Source: Hemiscyllium ocellatum | Lineage: Eukaryota | Assembly: GCF_020745735.1 (NCBI RefSeq) | Contig: NC_083419.1 | Location: 71,006,096 to 71,070,095, forward strand | Direction: 5' to 3' | Length of the DNA stretch: 64,000 nt | Shown: positions 22,650-36,300 of the stretch, piece after piece | Layout: each line of letters opens with the position of its first letter | Position numbering within the stretch: position 1 is the first letter of the stretch | Position numbers and translations under genes: made by a program | The notes under the pieces: generated by a model | Seen by the model: the letters and a program-made list of their open reading frames with translations, nothing else | Told to the model about the DNA's origin: nothing | Databases searched by the model: none

Positions 22650-22710
22650 GTGTCTGTAGTGTAGTGGTTATCACATGCGAAAGGTCCCCGTTAGAAACTG
22701 GGCAGAAACA
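22650..22710 (+). pseudogene. tRNA-Val (AAC/CAC type) pseudogene lacking the anticodon region
   Basis: gtgtctgtagtgtagtggttatcaca|tgcgaaaggtcccc-gttagaaactgggcagaaaca matches the 5' and 3' halves of vertebrate tRNA-Val, with about 11 nt covering the anticodon removed. Confidence 0.8.
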
Positions 22711-23139
22711 GCTTGGTTCCAGATGGCAGTTTCACGGGTTGGCGCGCACTGTGCTTTCTTGCTTACTGCTTTCACTAGTAAACCTATCTGCGAATTTACA
22801 GACCCGTATCTGTTGCAAAGATGAAAAGGACTACAGTTCTACTTAATTACTGTGTGAAACGTTAGGAGTTTATAGTATCCATTTGCCTTACAGGCATCTT
22901 ACATTTCAAGATTTTCCCTTATCCATGGTGAGGGAGAGAGACGCTGACTAGAATTTTGTTGTTACTTTGTTATTCGCTAATTAGCTCCAGGGAATTCATC
23001 CTGTTTTACATGAATGTTCACAGTTACTTTGCTGTTTATTTGGAACAGAGAAAAAACGAGTTCAGAATGATTAGGAAATTACAACTTGAGCAGCCATTTT
23101 TTAAAAATCTGTTTCTGCTCAAATTATCCAAGTATTAAC

Positions 23140-23990
23140 TAACAGTCCATGACTTACAAAGGAATGAATATGCAACTGACAGATTTGCTGATGAGAAAAT
23201 GAAGGGTTAAAAAAAATAACTAAGAGGACTTTGGGATGCTACAGAGAAATATAGGTTAAGTGAGTAGTCAAAGACCTGACAAATAGAGTTTTACGTGCTT
23301 AAATGTGAAGTTGTCCATTTGACAGGAAGAAAAGCAACGGTTTTTTTAAAAGGGGGGAGATTTCATTTAAAAAATCTCTCACTGTAACGCCGTGGGATCA
23401 GAGTGTAACAGCACATGAATCACAAAGTGCTAATATATAGGTACAGTAAGTAATTAGTAAAGCGAATAAATGTTTTCATTTTATCGCGGGGAATATAAAT
23501 ACAAACGTGGAGAGCACTGGTGAGCCTATATCTTGAATGCTCTAATTCCTATTGGTCGCCTTGTTTAAGGAAGGAAGTAAATACATTGGAGGCAGTTCGG
23601 AAAAATGATGACCAGAACGGTACCTACTGAGTGACTTGTCGTACAAAGGAAATTTGGATAGGCTAGGCTTGGGGCAGTTTGTGTTTAGGGGAGGAAGAGG
23701 AAACTTGATAGAAAGAAGATGTTTCCTCTGACAGAAGAGGCGAGAATGAAGGGTTACTGTCTAAACGTCAGTGGTTGTCCTTTTAAAACAGATGAGGTGG
23801 TTTGTTTTTCTCTCAAAATGTGGAATATCTGAAAAATCATTAAAGCAGAGCTATGGGATATTTTAAAGGCAAAGATAAATAGATTACTGTTGGGGGAGGG
23901 GTGGTGGAAGGTTTTCAGGGTAGGCAAGAATGTGGATTTAAAGTTACAATTAGATGAGACATACCCGTGTTGAATATCTAAACCATCCCG
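23140..23990 (+). mobile_element. Old, highly decayed CR1 3' fragment
   Basis: aaatgtgaagttgtcca, ttgtttaaggaaggaagtaaatacattggaggcagttc and gggatattttaaaggcaaagataaatagatt resemble the CR1 RT C-terminus. Confidence 0.65.
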
Positions 23991-26552
23991 GGTTTGTATG
24001 GGATGTGGTAGGTTGATTTAAATGCCACATTGGAGTTTCAATATGAAGTTTCAACAAACATGTTTCTAATGCTGAAATCCTCAATCTTCAGAGATTTTTC
24101 CAGGGGTTGAAGTTTTCAAGTGTTTGTTTAAAATCAATGAATTTGCGCTGTAACACCAATTGCAGATATGAAAACTGTGACATTTCCAAGGCCGAAGAGA
24201 TTCCAGTAATGAATGAGGTGATCACAAGTTTTAGTCCAATGTGTGACTTAATTAAGCTGCATCCAGAAGACAACAATGTGAAAGACAATCCATGCCACTT
24301 CCTGGAAGTTCTATGGTGGGAATTCTGTATGAGGACATGCCAGAGCAATCCAACAAACACCAGCCCACAGCAGCCCCATTAACAAAGTTGCTGTAATATG
24401 TCTATAATGTTTGCAGTTTTCTGAAAGATTAGAGATTTTATTTGCTTAAAAAATAATTGCATCAATTCAAAACATTCAAAAGTGGTCAGTGGAAAATTGC
24501 TTGTCCATTCAATGTTCAGATCTCAGTTTGTAGTTGAACATTTAGATAGCTGAACTCTGAAACAAGGACAAATATATTGAACAATTAGGGTTCCAACCTC
24601 CTCCGCTCCCTTCATTGTGCCTGTGGTGACTTTCAAATCCCCTTTGAAAGTTTTAAAGAGAAACCTATTGTTTTCCATTGTCCTACTATGTCTGGAAGTT
24701 TATCTATTTCACTAAAAGGGTTGATCAAAGAATGTGATCCTGAATCCCTGAGTATCCAGCAATTTCATACCAGCCGTCAGCCAATTGTGAACACAAGACC
24801 TAGTGTTTTTTCATGACTAATTTTAGCTGCGGACATTGCGAAGAACCTAGAAACCTAATGTCTCCAGGGACAGTTGCAGTGGTCACAAAGCACTACATTT
24901 GCATCCCTAATGCTGGCTTTGTTCCTACAGGTTGAAGGTCTTATTTAACTAGAACAACAGAAAGTATCCGAATAAAACCCGAGAGAACTGCGAATGCTGT
25001 AAATCAGAAAGAAAAACAGAGTTGCTGGAAAAGCCATTGCTGGAAAGCATCCAAATCTCTTCAGTGAAATGTTTCCCCTTCCTCAGCCCGGCCCTGAACG
25101 GTTTACCTCCCATTGACCTCTCTGGTCTATACTGAAAGAAAAATCCCTTCTCCCAGACATTCTCTGCCTCGCCCCCTACCTGCGCTCTGCTTTCTTACAA
25201 ATCAGTTCTGTAAGTTTGACACAAAAAAATCACCAACTAATGCAGTCATCCTTCTGCAGTGTGAGCAGTTTAACAAAAGCAGCTGAATAAGAGCTGCAAT
25301 ACTGAATCCAGATCCTTCAGCCATTCCAACAGCTGGTACATAATTGTAGATGGGGGCAAATGCTGATTTCAGTGACTAAACTTGTCTGTTCAATTATAGG
25401 CCTGGTAAACTTGACAGCCTAAACTGCGATGGAGCTGGCAAACCATGCCTTCCAAATCTCAGGCGGTCACAAAAAAGGATGTTTAATACAATACGTGACC
25501 ATGATGTTGCTTCATTCCGAGTACAAGAAAGTGAAAGTAAATTGCTGGTGGGCTAGCAGTTATGGTAAGATAATGTAGGGACTCCTCATGAAAACATCAC
25601 ATGGCAATGCAGAGAACACCATTCCCGACCATAGCATGCCTCGCTATTATCTACATTATTCTTTGGGTCAGAGAGGTTTTTTTTCAAAACAGACAGTTTT
25701 AGAAGAGAACATCAAAGAAGCTTGAATTCAAAATTGCTTGCCTTTAAGAATTCAAATTTGGGTTACTTGTCCCTGATCATTTTAGTCTCTTAAAATGAAT
25801 ATATTCAAGAAATGTGTATCCCATCACGCTCTCACCCTATCACCAGCTATTGTGTCCATCAAACCTATGAAAGGGGTTGAACAACAAAATCAGTACTGAT
25901 TGCAGGATCCATCTGGATTGTGAGAAGTTTAACAAAAGCAGATGAACTCAAGCTGAACTCAATACTGAATCCAGAGTCTTCAGCCATTCAGGCAGCTGGC
26001 ACTCAGTAGCAGCTGGAGGCAAATGCTAACTTAAGGACTTAATTTATCTTGTCTAACCAGTTGCAGGAATAGTAAGGTTAACAATCTAAACTGCAAGGGA
26101 TATGGAAAATATTTCTCCATGATTGTTTGCAATAACTAGAAAATATGTTTGATCTTTCGTATAATTCGTATTTCATTTTATAATTTTTTCTCAAAGGCAG
26201 TTACTGGAGAACACACAGTTCCTGTGAAGTTATTTGGATATTTCCTTCTGCATCCAGGAACCATGTAGCAAACCTCATTCCAGGCCCGAGTTACCCCAGT
26301 AAGTTTAACACATAAAATATGTGTTACATCCGGAAGTTGGAAGGTGGTGTTCTTTCTCACACAGTGACATTTGTAGTCATAATTTTATGAATTCTTGTGA
26401 AGCCCTGCTGCTTGAATTGAGAGTTGGAGTCAAAGGTGACGATTGGCAGCACCAAAGGTGGCATGGTACTGACAGTAGCTAATACAGAAGTTGCTGTATG
26501 GTCACAAACCATTATTGAAATGGTCTGATCCCAGGAACTAACAACAACAGTC

Positions 26553-26646
26553 TAGATTAGAGTGGTGCTGGAAAAGCACAGCAGGTCAGGCAGCATCCAA
26601 GGAGCATGAAAATCGACATTTCGGGCAAAAGCCCTTCATCAGGAAT
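26553..26646 (-). mobile_element. Solo PLE pLTR fragment with hammerhead motif (26611-26646)
   Basis: Minus strand reads gattc-CTGATGA-a-gggc(tttt)gccc-GAAA-TGTC-gatt. Confidence 0.8.
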
Positions 26647-27461
26647 CAACAGAGTGAAGGCAGAGCAGCGACCTTTTCTTTGCTGCCATTAGTGGTGGGT
26701 ATTGCTGAGCCTGCACTAAAGAGATTTGCCGGCCAAAACCCACTGTGGGAGTTGAGGAGCTCTATTATTCACAACTCAGACTGCCATGAGTGGCTCTCAG
26801 TTGATGACTTCATTTGCCCCCCCACTGATAGGATAACATCATGGTGCAGAAGGGAGGTGGGCTTTCCTCCTGAACTCCCCTCCACTTGGTCTGACTCGTG
26901 ATAATCTTGGCAAATGCCAGTTGACTTGGAAAATTCAGCCCTATATGTACAGACAGTACCAAAGGTCTTCATTGGAGACATTGGAAAATTGGGGCCTACT
27001 CTCTATTTGGGTCTAGAGCTCTTTAGTTAAGACATTGTAACAAGAATAAAGCATTGAAGAAATGGAGTTGTTACATCATATCTCCCTTTCTTTGCTTCCA
27101 CACTCCAGCCTCACTATCTTGTCTTGCAAACAGCCAATAAAGCTTTTGGGGAAATAAATCACCATCGACTGTAATTGTGTCTTGAAGTGGTTTTACAAAA
27201 CCAGCTGTCAATGGCAAGAAATACTTACTCAATTTTTCACATTAATAATGATTTTATTGTGCATGTGGATGTTTGCTTAAAATGACTGAACAGCACTTTT
27301 CTGACCATTTGCAGATCACCTGACAGCCCAAAGTACAAGGTCAATGGAAAACTCTACACTCCAAAGTCTATCATGAGAAAAGTAAGTTTGAAACCAATAT
27401 GTGATTAATGTTTTGCTTCATTCAGAGTACAAAAAATAGAAAGGAAGTATAAGAAGATCAT

Positions 27462-27869
27462 ATGAGGAAAGGCTGAGGCACTTGGGGCTGTTCTCATTGG
27501 AGAAAAGAAGGTTTAGGGGAGATTTGATAGAGGTGTACAAGATGATTAGGGGTTTAGATAGGGTTGACAGTGAGAACCTTTTTCCGCTAATGGAGTCAGC
27601 TGTTATTAGGGGACACAGCTTTAAATTAAGGGGTGGTAGGTATAGGACAGATGTTAGGGGTAGACTTTTTACTCAGCGGGTTGTGAGTTCATGGAATGCC
27701 CTGCCAATAGCAGTGGTGGACTCTCCCTCTTTATGGTCATTTAAGCGGGCATTGGATAAGCATATGGGGGTTATTGGGCTAGTGTAGGTTAGGTAGGCTT
27801 CGGTCGGCGCAACATCGAGGGCCAAAGGGCCTGTACTGCGCTGTATTTTTCTATGTTCTATGTTCTATG
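27462..27869 (+). mobile_element. 5'-truncated CR1, same young subfamily as 10204-13814
   Basis: LFSLEKRRFRGDLIEVYKMIRGLDRVD..WNALP and (ttctatg)n tail; near-identical to the reverse complement of 10204-10600. Confidence 0.93.
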
Positions 27870-29354
27870 TTACTGGTGAGTTGGCAGTTACTGTAAAGTA
27901 TCGTTGGGACTTTTCAGGAAACGTCACACAGCAGTGCAGGGAATATCACTCCAGACAAGAGTGTTTGCATCACTGCCTCTCTGTTACCTGTATCATTATG
28001 AGGGCTTCAGAATTTTTTTTCAAAAATATTTTTTTAGGATTGGACATCAAAGACACTTCATTGGAAGTTAGCTTGCATTTTGTTGTTGAAGTTTCTAAAC
28101 TCTGAATATAACTATATTCAAGAACTGTCTCTAATTATCACCAGCAACAGTATTTTTCAAATCCTTGAAATGTTTTGAAGAACAAATTCACCATCTATTG
28201 CAGTCACCCATCTGGAGAGTGACCAGTTTCACACAAATGGCTGAATGCAGGCTGCAGTCCTGAATCCAGAATCTTCAGTCTTTCAAACAGCTGTCCCACA
28301 ATTGTGGGATGGAGGCAAAAGCTCATTTAAATAAATTAATTTATCTATTATCACCAATTGCAGGCATTTTAAGTGTGAAAATCCAAACTGCGATGGAAAT
28401 GAAACTTATAGTCTGTCATGAACAACTGGAGAAATTAAAGTGTCAATTTGATCCAAACTTCAATTTAATTACTGATTAATATTGTATTTGGAATAAAGGT
28501 TCTTGCTGGAGAACCAGCAATTCCTGTGAAGTTATGTAGGCATTTCCTTCTGCCTACATGCAGGAATAATATCAAATACCCTATTCCAGGCCATAGTTAG
28601 CACATTAGGGAATCTGCTGGGCTCTGCCTCCCAAGTGTGTGTTTTTCCTAGAAGTTAGATTGTGGTGTTATTTTTAAACAAGACTTTTGCAGTAATACTG
28701 TTGTGAATTGTGGTGGAGCCCTGCTGTTTGGAATGAGAGCTGGAGCCAGTGCTGCTGTGAATGATGGCACCACTAATATTGGCATGCTGCTGATGTGGCC
28801 TGATCAGGAAGCTGTTGCTGGGTCACTATTCCAAGAATGAAATGGCCCAATCTAAAGAGGTAATGGTGTAATTGGAACGAAAACAGAGTGGCAAACCTTT
28901 CTGTGCCACCATTAATGTTTGCAATTGCTGAGCCAATAGCCATTGATGAGGAAAGTTCAATCCTGTGTGTAGAGCCAGTATACAAAGCTCTTCACTGGAG
29001 AAATTGGTCAGTTTGTTGCTGTTCTATAACTGCCCTAAGCTCTTTATCTGAGACTTTTATAGACTATGCAACCCATGTAAAGTATTGAAGGAATGGGTTT
29101 GTGACATCCTTCATTTCCATGTTCCAGCCTGCCTGTCAGTGGCTTGAGATCCTGACACTCCTATTCAAGTTTCTAACAATGTTTTTATTCTGAACGTAAA
29201 TGTTTGCTTAAATTGACTTAATAGCACTTGATGACCATTTGCAGCTCTGAAAATGTCACCTGCTGAAAGTGCAAGGGAGCTGGTGATCCTGGTTCTCCAG
29301 AAACTGAGGTCATTGAAAAGTAAGCTGTATACAAGGTGTTACTGTCTACTAAAA

Positions 29355-29540
29355 GCCAGCAGGTCTGGCTGTATCTGTGGAGAGAAAGCAGAGTTAATGT
29401 TTTTAGTTGAATGACTCATGTTCAGAACTTCAGATCTCTCTGAAGAAGGGTCACAACTCAATGTGAACTCTGCTTTCTCTCCACAGATACTGCAAAATAT
29501 GTTGAGTTTCTCCAGCAACCTCTGTATTTCTTTCAGATTG
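29355..29540. mobile_element. Old fold-back PLE-terminus element (further family) with decayed hammerhead cores on both arms
   Basis: gtatctgtggagagaaagcagagtt mirrors aactctgctttctctccacagatac; ctgaagaagggtca on the right arm. No TSD found. Confidence 0.65.
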
Positions 29541-32316
29541 TCAACTTCCACAGTTTGTTCATTCACATTAAAGAAATTACTGACTGGTATATAATCTTTG
29601 CTCTATCATTAATGTGGTAAAAAGACATTTTCGGTGGAAGCTTGCAGTTAATGCAGCAGACCTGATGCTGGGACTGAAACCTGGAGGCTTTGGCCTATGC
29701 CAAGGGTGGTATGTTGCCAGTAGTGGCCAATGAAGAGATTCTTGCCAGGGTTACTCATCAGTTGATAGTGCGGCTTAGTTTCAAGATCTGCTAGTCCAGT
29801 AAGAGGGAGGACAGATCAGCACATGAGTGAGCCCTATTAATCATACTGACCATTGCTGAGACGGCAAAGGTGGGCGCAATCAGGGAAATGAGGGAGGCAG
29901 GCCTGACAGCTCATGGGGAGTCAAGATGTCAAAGAGAACTGGTTTATGTCAGCATGGCTTAGCAATGGGAAGGTGCCAGACTCCCTCTCTGTCATTTTAC
30001 CAATTCTCCCACCTCCCAGTTATTTGCCAGTGAATAATTTACCATGCATTAACACACAGTCTTTAATTCAATATTTCTTGCCCTTCAATGTTCAGGTCAT
30101 CAGTTGTTCATTTCTAAGCAATGAGGGTAGACATATTGAAGATATTGACTACTTAACTCTTTGCTTGCCAATGCTATTGCATGGCCCACCTCCCCTCACC
30201 CTGTTCCTCAAAAACGAACAGACCATGGTGTGCTGCAAACCTGTGCGAAAGTTGAAAAAATCAGCAGATACTGCAGTTATATCATTAGAAAATGACTTTT
30301 TAACAAAAAAAGTTTCTGTAAGATTTCTGTAGGAAATTCCTCTTGAAAACATCTCCCAGTGCTATAACAAACACCACCATTCCAGATCACAGCCTCTCCC
30401 AGTATGTGCATTATTCCTGATGATTCAGAATGATTCCTCTTTTTAAAAAAATGCTGTAAAAACTCAATCGAGCCTTTTGATCTTCATGTTTTCATAAGAT
30501 GCAAGTCATTTATTGGTGTAAGTCCTTTGTTTAATTTGTGCTTCATGAGGACTTGTGGCTGGGGACATTTTGATTGTCAGGAGGATGGGAATCAAAGTTT
30601 GCCAGACTTGAGTACAACCACGAGGAAGCAAGTTTGATTTGATCGGATTTTGATGCGGTTTAATTATGTTTCGTTTGCAATACAGCTGTGTGAAAAGGGA
30701 ATGTTGGAGAACCATTGATTCCTTCAAAATGTTTCGTGCGATGCAATGAATGCCAGTCCAGACACCAGCAGCCACAGTAAGGAGGCTGCTGGACTGCCTC
30801 CCTGAGAGTTTAATATTAGAGACAGAGTTTTCTTAAACAATAGTACCAACATTGAAGAATCCAAAACGCTGAGATGGGAAATTGCTTGCTGATCAATATT
30901 GAGGTTCCATTTCTGGACAATGCAGCCAGAGTGAAAAAACTGAAGAAATGGCTCCTCTCCTTCACCCCACCTCATTGTTTCTCTTTCCTCTTGTCGTCAC
31001 CACCTCCCCGACTCCAAACTTCCTCCAAATTCATTGCCGTGGTGAAAGTTTGGCTCCAATTAAGAGTGTGACCTGCTCCTGGTCTCCTAGCCTTGGAATA
31101 TCTCCATTGAATACTTTGCACTTTTTATAATCTATGCTGGCCAGCTGGCATGTATATCCATGGAGTCAGGCATTTTCCCAGTTAATGGCTATTTGTTTAA
31201 ATCAAGCTTATAAAGTGTTTTTATGGTTAATATAATAGAGGCAACATCACATCCACACTGTTTCACTGATGTCATCAATTAATCGAAGCCAAAATACTGA
31301 GGTCATTACACTGCTCTGGGTCAGAGACCTGTAATTACTCCTGGGTTTATTATGGCCAGATCTTTCATTAAACATAGAATTATTAAAGCAGCAGAAAAGT
31401 AAAAGGAATAAAATTCTCTTTTCAGCAGAACAGCCAATACTGACTAATATGACATGCACCTTCAGTGAATTTGAGCAATGAGAAATTACTACATTACGTT
31501 CTGAATCAAACATTGAGTTACAAGTTGTGCTCTTCAGGGTTAAATTAGCAATAGTTTATAAAGAACTTGAGCTTCTTTTTCCAAGATAACGAAGTTAAAC
31601 TTAAATCCTTGCATTTGGGATGTTTTCCCTCCATCTCAGTACAGAGAATCTTCGTTTGACCTCTTTACTCCCCAGCCACCAGCTCCTGCCCTCACAGCCA
31701 AAAATCTGGATGTTGATAAGGAGTACCGAATATTAACTTTGTGATCATGCACATATTTAAAATGTTGTAACTGGTACTTTATGACCAGTTGCAGCTGTGA
31801 AAATGTTGATAGGTCACCCTGTGAAGTAGGTGGAAACCTCAAATTGTCGGAAACTAAGTGGTAAGTAAGTTTGGTCTGATATCAGATTAAACTTGCTGTG
31901 TATTTGGGATCCAATAATATGAAAGGGAGCTGCTGGCAGTTGTTCTAAGATTATTTCAGGATTGCCTCAGGAAGGCATCAACCCAGGCTACAGCAATTTC
32001 AGAAAACAACTACTAGACTGGTTCTGAAATGTTTGGCTTATTTTGAGAGAGTAGACAATGTTGAATCAGCATAAAACATCCAAAGGTTTTTAATGGTCAG
32101 TTGGATGTTGCTTGTCTTTCAGTGTGAAGGTCTTGCATGGCCCACAAACAGCTACAACCAAGGGTGACAGACTGAAGAAATGGTTTTCTCTTCTTTTTAT
32201 TCTGTACTGTCTCTTCCACACCCCAACCCCAGGCATTGCCTCATTGTGATGTCCTGTAGACATCCTGTGGAAGTGAAAGGAACCTTATACCAACACGACC
32301 ATCTTACACAGTCATT

Positions 32317-32403
32317 CCTGATGAAGGGCTCTTGCCTGAAACATTGATTTTCCTCTTTGGATGCTGCCTGACTTGCTGTGCTTTTTCAGCATTACTCTAA
32401 TCT
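32317..32403 (+). mobile_element. 87-bp solo PLE pLTR insertion starting at the hammerhead core
   Basis: cCTGATGAagggctcttgcctGAAAcattg...; flanked by ttaca[c/a]agtcatt (32304-32316 and 32404-32416). Confidence 0.8.
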
Positions 32404-33046
32404 TTACAAAGTCATTGACTAACTTAAGAAAACTAGTTGACCAGGCTTGAAATACTGAATCTCAAGTCTGATTTTTTTTTGTTAAGTTGCTTTGGACTTA
32501 ATTCTGGATAAGATTACTAATGTTAAATGCCTTAATTTGTGCTCTTTGATCAATTACTATTCTGGAAACATTGTCAGTACAAACGGTGAGGAAAATAGGA
32601 ATGCAGGTTCTCCAGGATCAAGTGAAGTGTTTGCAAAGTAACTTTAGTTCCATGCATGACTAAGTTCGTCATATTTCAGAATATAGCAAACGTTTAGAAA
32701 ATAGCTGGAGAGCTGGTAGTCTGTACAATGTCATACAACTGTCAATGGTAACAGCTCGGAGGCAGTGATTTGATTATGTTTGTACCAGCTCTCAAATAGG
32801 AACTTGCCTACATTCACTCCCAAGTCTCTCTACTAAGTACTACTGCAAAACGTCTCCTTCAGAAATTTGTAGCTCCCTTTTGAAGACCTTAGTTGAAGCT
32901 GTCTCCACTACTACTATATTAAGCAGAGCATTCCAGTTCTGAACTATGTTATTTTAAACAAAAACCAACCAAACTGTTATTTTTCTTTTGCTGATCATCT
33001 TAAATCAGTGTCCTTTTATTGTCAAGTCTTTTTTTAAATAGAACCC

Positions 33047-33321
33047 CTACAGTGTGGAAAGAGGCCATTTGGCTCAACAAGTCCACACCAACCCTCCAAA
33101 GAGTAGCCCATCCAGATGCATTCCCCTACATTTACCCCTGATAAATGCACCTAACCTACACATCAATGAACTGTGGGCAAGTTAGCATGGCCTGCACAGC
33201 CGGAGGAAAGCCATGCAGACACGGGGAGAATGTGCAAACTCCACACAGACGGCCACCTGAGACTGGTATCAAACCCAGGGCTCTGGCCCTGTGAGGCAGT
33301 CGTGCTAACTACTGAGCCACC
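33047..33321 (-). mobile_element. HE1-type SINE, diverged
   Basis: Reverse complement of the SINE head (ggtggctcagtagttagcacgactgcctcacag), core and tail. Confidence 0.85.
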
Positions 33322-33329
33322 AATTGTTT

Positions 33330-36300
33330 GTTTGTTCTTACCTGCTCTATCCAAATCCCTCATGATTTTGACCACATGTAAACTGTCTTCTTCATCGTCT
33401 CTTCTCTATAAAGAGCAGCCCTTGCTTCTTCAAACTTTCCACATATTTGTCCAGTTGCTCATCTCAAGAATCTTTTGTGCATCCTCTCAAATCCCTTCCT
33501 GAAGCATGCTGCATAAATAGTGGATATGAGGGAAAAGTGGGATGTTTTATAACCATTTATCATAACTTTCATATTTTGCATGCGAAGGTCCTATTTATAA
33601 AGTTCAGAATCCTAATAATTTCTTCAACCTGCAGTCCCATCTTCATAATATGCGTGCACACACAATATGTGTAAAAGATATTAAATATCAGATTGGGGTC
33701 ATTTAGGGAAGCAAAGATTTTAGCTTGGGTATAAAATGCACAAGGAACAATCCAGAAAAATTCTGAATTGGAGGATGGCCGATTTCAATGCAGCAAGAGG
33801 ACATTTGCAGCAAGTACATTTGAGCATAAGTTTGGGCAAAACTGCAATGAAACAGTCTGCCTTCCAAGGGGAGATTGTTCATCTACAGTCTTAGTGTTTC
33901 CACAAGCAGGAAATGGTGGCAAAAACAAAACTCTAATTCCCTGCATGATGTAACAAAGGATGAGGATTATTGATAACCTTAGTGAGAACCGAACTACATA
34001 TAGGCAGTTCAGAGGGGAAGTGAAGAAGGAAATGAAACTGGCAACTAACATTAAACGGGAATCCAAAAGTCATCATTAGTCATGAACAATGAAAAGGTAG
34101 CTAAAGAATGAGTGGAAATGTTTTCTCTGTACCTTCTCTGATCAAAACATTTCATAATTTTAGAAGCGTCAGCCTTCTTTTCAAGAGAGAACTGAGCAGC
34201 ATGACATTTCTTCCTTGGTATACACAGCCAGAAACTTGTGTATCATTCTTAGAAATCTTCTCTTCACTCTGTCTCGTGCTACTGTATCCATTCTATAGCA
34301 TGCCAACTGAAACTGCAGGCAATACTCTCAATTATTGTTAACCAAATTTTTATAGGGACCCTACTTTCAAATGTAACCTTTTAGAGATAAAGCTTTGAGC
34401 TTTGTTTGTGTCTTTCTGGCCTGCAGAACTTGTGGTGAAATTGTTAGTGACTGATATAATTGTCTCTTTATCACAAAAACGATCCCTTAGTTCGTCTCCC
34501 CGACTTAGATGTGCATCTTCGAATAAGTGGCCTGCACATTATTCCTACCAAGACGTAACACCTTACATTTATCTGTGTGGAACTTCATTTGCTAATTATT
34601 TGACCATCCTGTAAATTAATTAATGACCTCTTGCAACTTCTTGCAGTCCTCAAAGTTGACTATCTTATCACATTTCTCTTCCAATTTGATGTCATTGAAT
34701 TGCTTTTTTTTTGTAATAATGAGAGACAATATTTAATTTGCATTTTTATTTTATTTTGAATTTTTAGTTAAGTACATAGGGAGGTGCAGTAGTCCTCATG
34801 GTAACTATGACAATTGAATGTAGAATGATGGATAGATGAAATTATTACAAACACAGGGATAATTAATAGGCTCAATTAGCTGCAAGGTCAAAGCAGGAAT
34901 TTTTTTTCCATGAATCATATGGTGAGGTTATCCATAGTGCAATTATTTTTTGTCCATTTCCTTTTTTGTTGTAGTTTATCTCCCCGTGTCTTTCTGTGCT
35001 CCTGGTATCAAATTAAAAAGGCACCCATCCATGATTTTAAACCAACTGCTATGAAAATAAAGCAGCATTTGTATAAAATGTAGCATGATCTATGAAGCCA
35101 TCCCTCTTGGCTGTTACATATTCATAGCCACATACATTAATATAGGAAGAGGCTGAATAGGCTGGGGCTGGTTTCCCTGGAAGCTGAGGAGTGACTTTAT
35201 AAAGGTTTATAAAATCATGAGGAGCATAGATACGGTAAACAGACAAGGTCTTTTCCCTGGGGTGGGCGAGTCCAGAACTTGAGAGTATAGGATTATAGTG
35301 AGAAGGGAAAAAGCTGAATGGACCTAAGGGGCAACTTTTCATGGAGAGTATGGTGTGTATGGAATGAGCTGCCAGAGGAAGTGGCGGAGACTGGTGCAAT
35401 TACAACATTTAGAAGACATCTGGATGGGTATATGGATAAGAAGGATTTAGAGAGATATGGGCCAAGTACTGGCATATGGGAAGAGATTAGTTAGGATATC
35501 TGGTCAGCATGGACGAGTGAGACCAAAGGGTTTGTTTCCATTTTGCACATCTCTATGACTCTATTCCTTTGCTCTTTGGATTGTCCTTTCCATTATCTAC
35601 CAAGGCTATCCAATATTCCTTTTCTTCCCTCCTCATTTCCCTCTTTAGAATGTCCCTACACCTCTTGTATTCTTCAAGAGATTCATTTGATCCCAGTTAT
35701 CTATGTCTAATATATATTTCCTTCTTATTCTTAACCAGACCCTCAATATCTTTATTCCTCCAGTGTTCCCTCCTCTTTCAAGCCTTACCTTCACTTCAAT
35801 GGGAACATAATGGTGGGCGGCACGGTGGCACAGTGGTTAGCACTGCTGCCTCACAGCGCCTGTAGACCCGGGTTCAATTCCCGACTCAGGCGACTGACTG
35901 TGTGGAGTTTGCATGTTCTCCCCGTGTCTGCGTGGGTTTCCTCCGGGTGTTCCGGTTTCCTCCCACAGTCACAAAGATGTGCAGGTCAGGTGAATTGGCC
36001 ATGCTAAATTGCCCATAGTGTTAGGTAAGGGGTAATGTAGGGGTATGGGTGGGTTGTGCTTCGGCGGGTCGGTGTGGACTTGTTGGACCGAAGGGCCTGT
36101 TTCCACACTGTAAGTCTAATCTAGTCTAATCTAATAATGCCTCTGAACTCTCGTTATCTTATTTCTGAAAGCTTCCCACTTGCTGGCCAACACTTTAGCT
36201 GCAAACAGTCTACTTCAATTAACCCTTGAAAGTTTGTGTCTCATACTATCAACATTTGCCCAAGTCCAATTAAGAACTTTATCTTGTAAACAATGCCAAT

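Larger units (their letters stand above)
25272..29250. repeat. Array of diverged non-coding duplicated blocks
   Basis: Core block ctgaatccaga..ttcag..cagctg..ggaggcaaa..aaactgc at 25272-25437, 25931-26101 and 28233-28398. Further paired blocks at 26200-26560/28500-28860, 26660-26950/28885-29100 and 27268-27320/29198-29250. Confidence 0.7.
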
